Below, in pieces: positions 63,895 to 64,000 of a DNA stretch of 64,000 nt; the first letter of the stretch is position 1; each line of letters begins with the position of its first letter. This DNA is from an uncultured Staphylococcaceae bacterium. Its GTDB lineage: Bacteria > Bacillota_I > Bacilli_A > RFN20 > CAG-826. Both the position numbers and the translations under genes were made by a program. The notes under the pieces were generated by a model, which saw only the letters and a program-made list of their open reading frames with translations, had not been told where the DNA came from and did not search any database. The stretch spans positions 1,574-65,573 of the forward strand of contig CAYMRJ010000002.1 in the NCBI GenBank assembly GCA_964392865.1. The letters run 5' to 3'.

Positions 63895-64000
63895 TGGAAC
63901 GCTATCTGGCTTTTGAAAGAAACGAAGACTGCCTTTCTTTCGACGCCGATGCTTTAGCCCATTTCTCAAGGGTCAGAAGAGGGAAGATCGGCGAACATGT
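63894..64000 (+). CDS. Partial CDS (5' end), possibly 16S rRNA m3U1498 methyltransferase RsmE
   Basis: The MERYLAF...ALAHFSRVRRGKIGE pattern resembles RsmE N-termini (MxRYF...HHxxxVxRxxxGD). The position downstream of dnaJ matches Bacilli. Truncated by the window end. Confidence 0.4.
   Translation, partial: MERYLAFERNEDCLSFDADALAHFSRVRRGKIGEH

Overview
This is a 64-kb chromosomal segment of a moderately GC-rich Bacillota-type genome. GC was judged by eye, not computed. The standard genetic code applies, because many conserved genes end at TGA. I annotate about 58 CDS, mostly on the plus strand and tightly packed, with many 1-4 nt start/stop overlaps. I found no rRNA, tRNA, CRISPR array, transposase or integrase by eye. 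Core blocks are: truB-ribF, typA, rpsO-pnp, a glpA-like three-gene oxidoreductase cluster, rnj-ftsK-acpS-pullulanase, plsC, rsmF-like, pdp-dtd-mnmA, alaS-ruvX-DUF1292-greA, an HMA protein plus ZIP transporter, comEA-comEC-holA, rpsT, fmt, and lepA-hemW-hrcA-grpE-dnaK-dnaJ. The 42-64 kb part is collinear with the Bacillus subtilis comE-to-dnaJ region but lacks the sporulation genes. Two accessory regions stand out. (1) At 0.1-7.2 kb there is an array of five minus-strand lipoprotein genes, four of which form an unrecognised paralog family. (2) At 18.9-23.0 kb there are three tandem, diverged copies of an ABC/SMC-type ATPase gene. Only the first keeps an intact RloB/Toprim-like partner. The second keeps a 47-codon in-frame deletion remnant of the partner. 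The third is a motif-dead truncated ATPase with the best promoter and SD of the three. This looks like an AbiL/PARIS-class candidate defence module in graded decay, and it is my best candidate for an undescribed or unusual system. Other notable items: an RNase J homolog with four catalytic residues substituted; a dual CIRCE arrangement upstream of hrcA; a degenerate Fic-like protein carrying a Pro-rich linker also seen in FtsK; a DinG/XPD helicase fused to a PD-(D/E)XK nuclease; and an adenylating enzyme fused to a carrier domain. All family calls come from motif recognition by eye; no searches were run.
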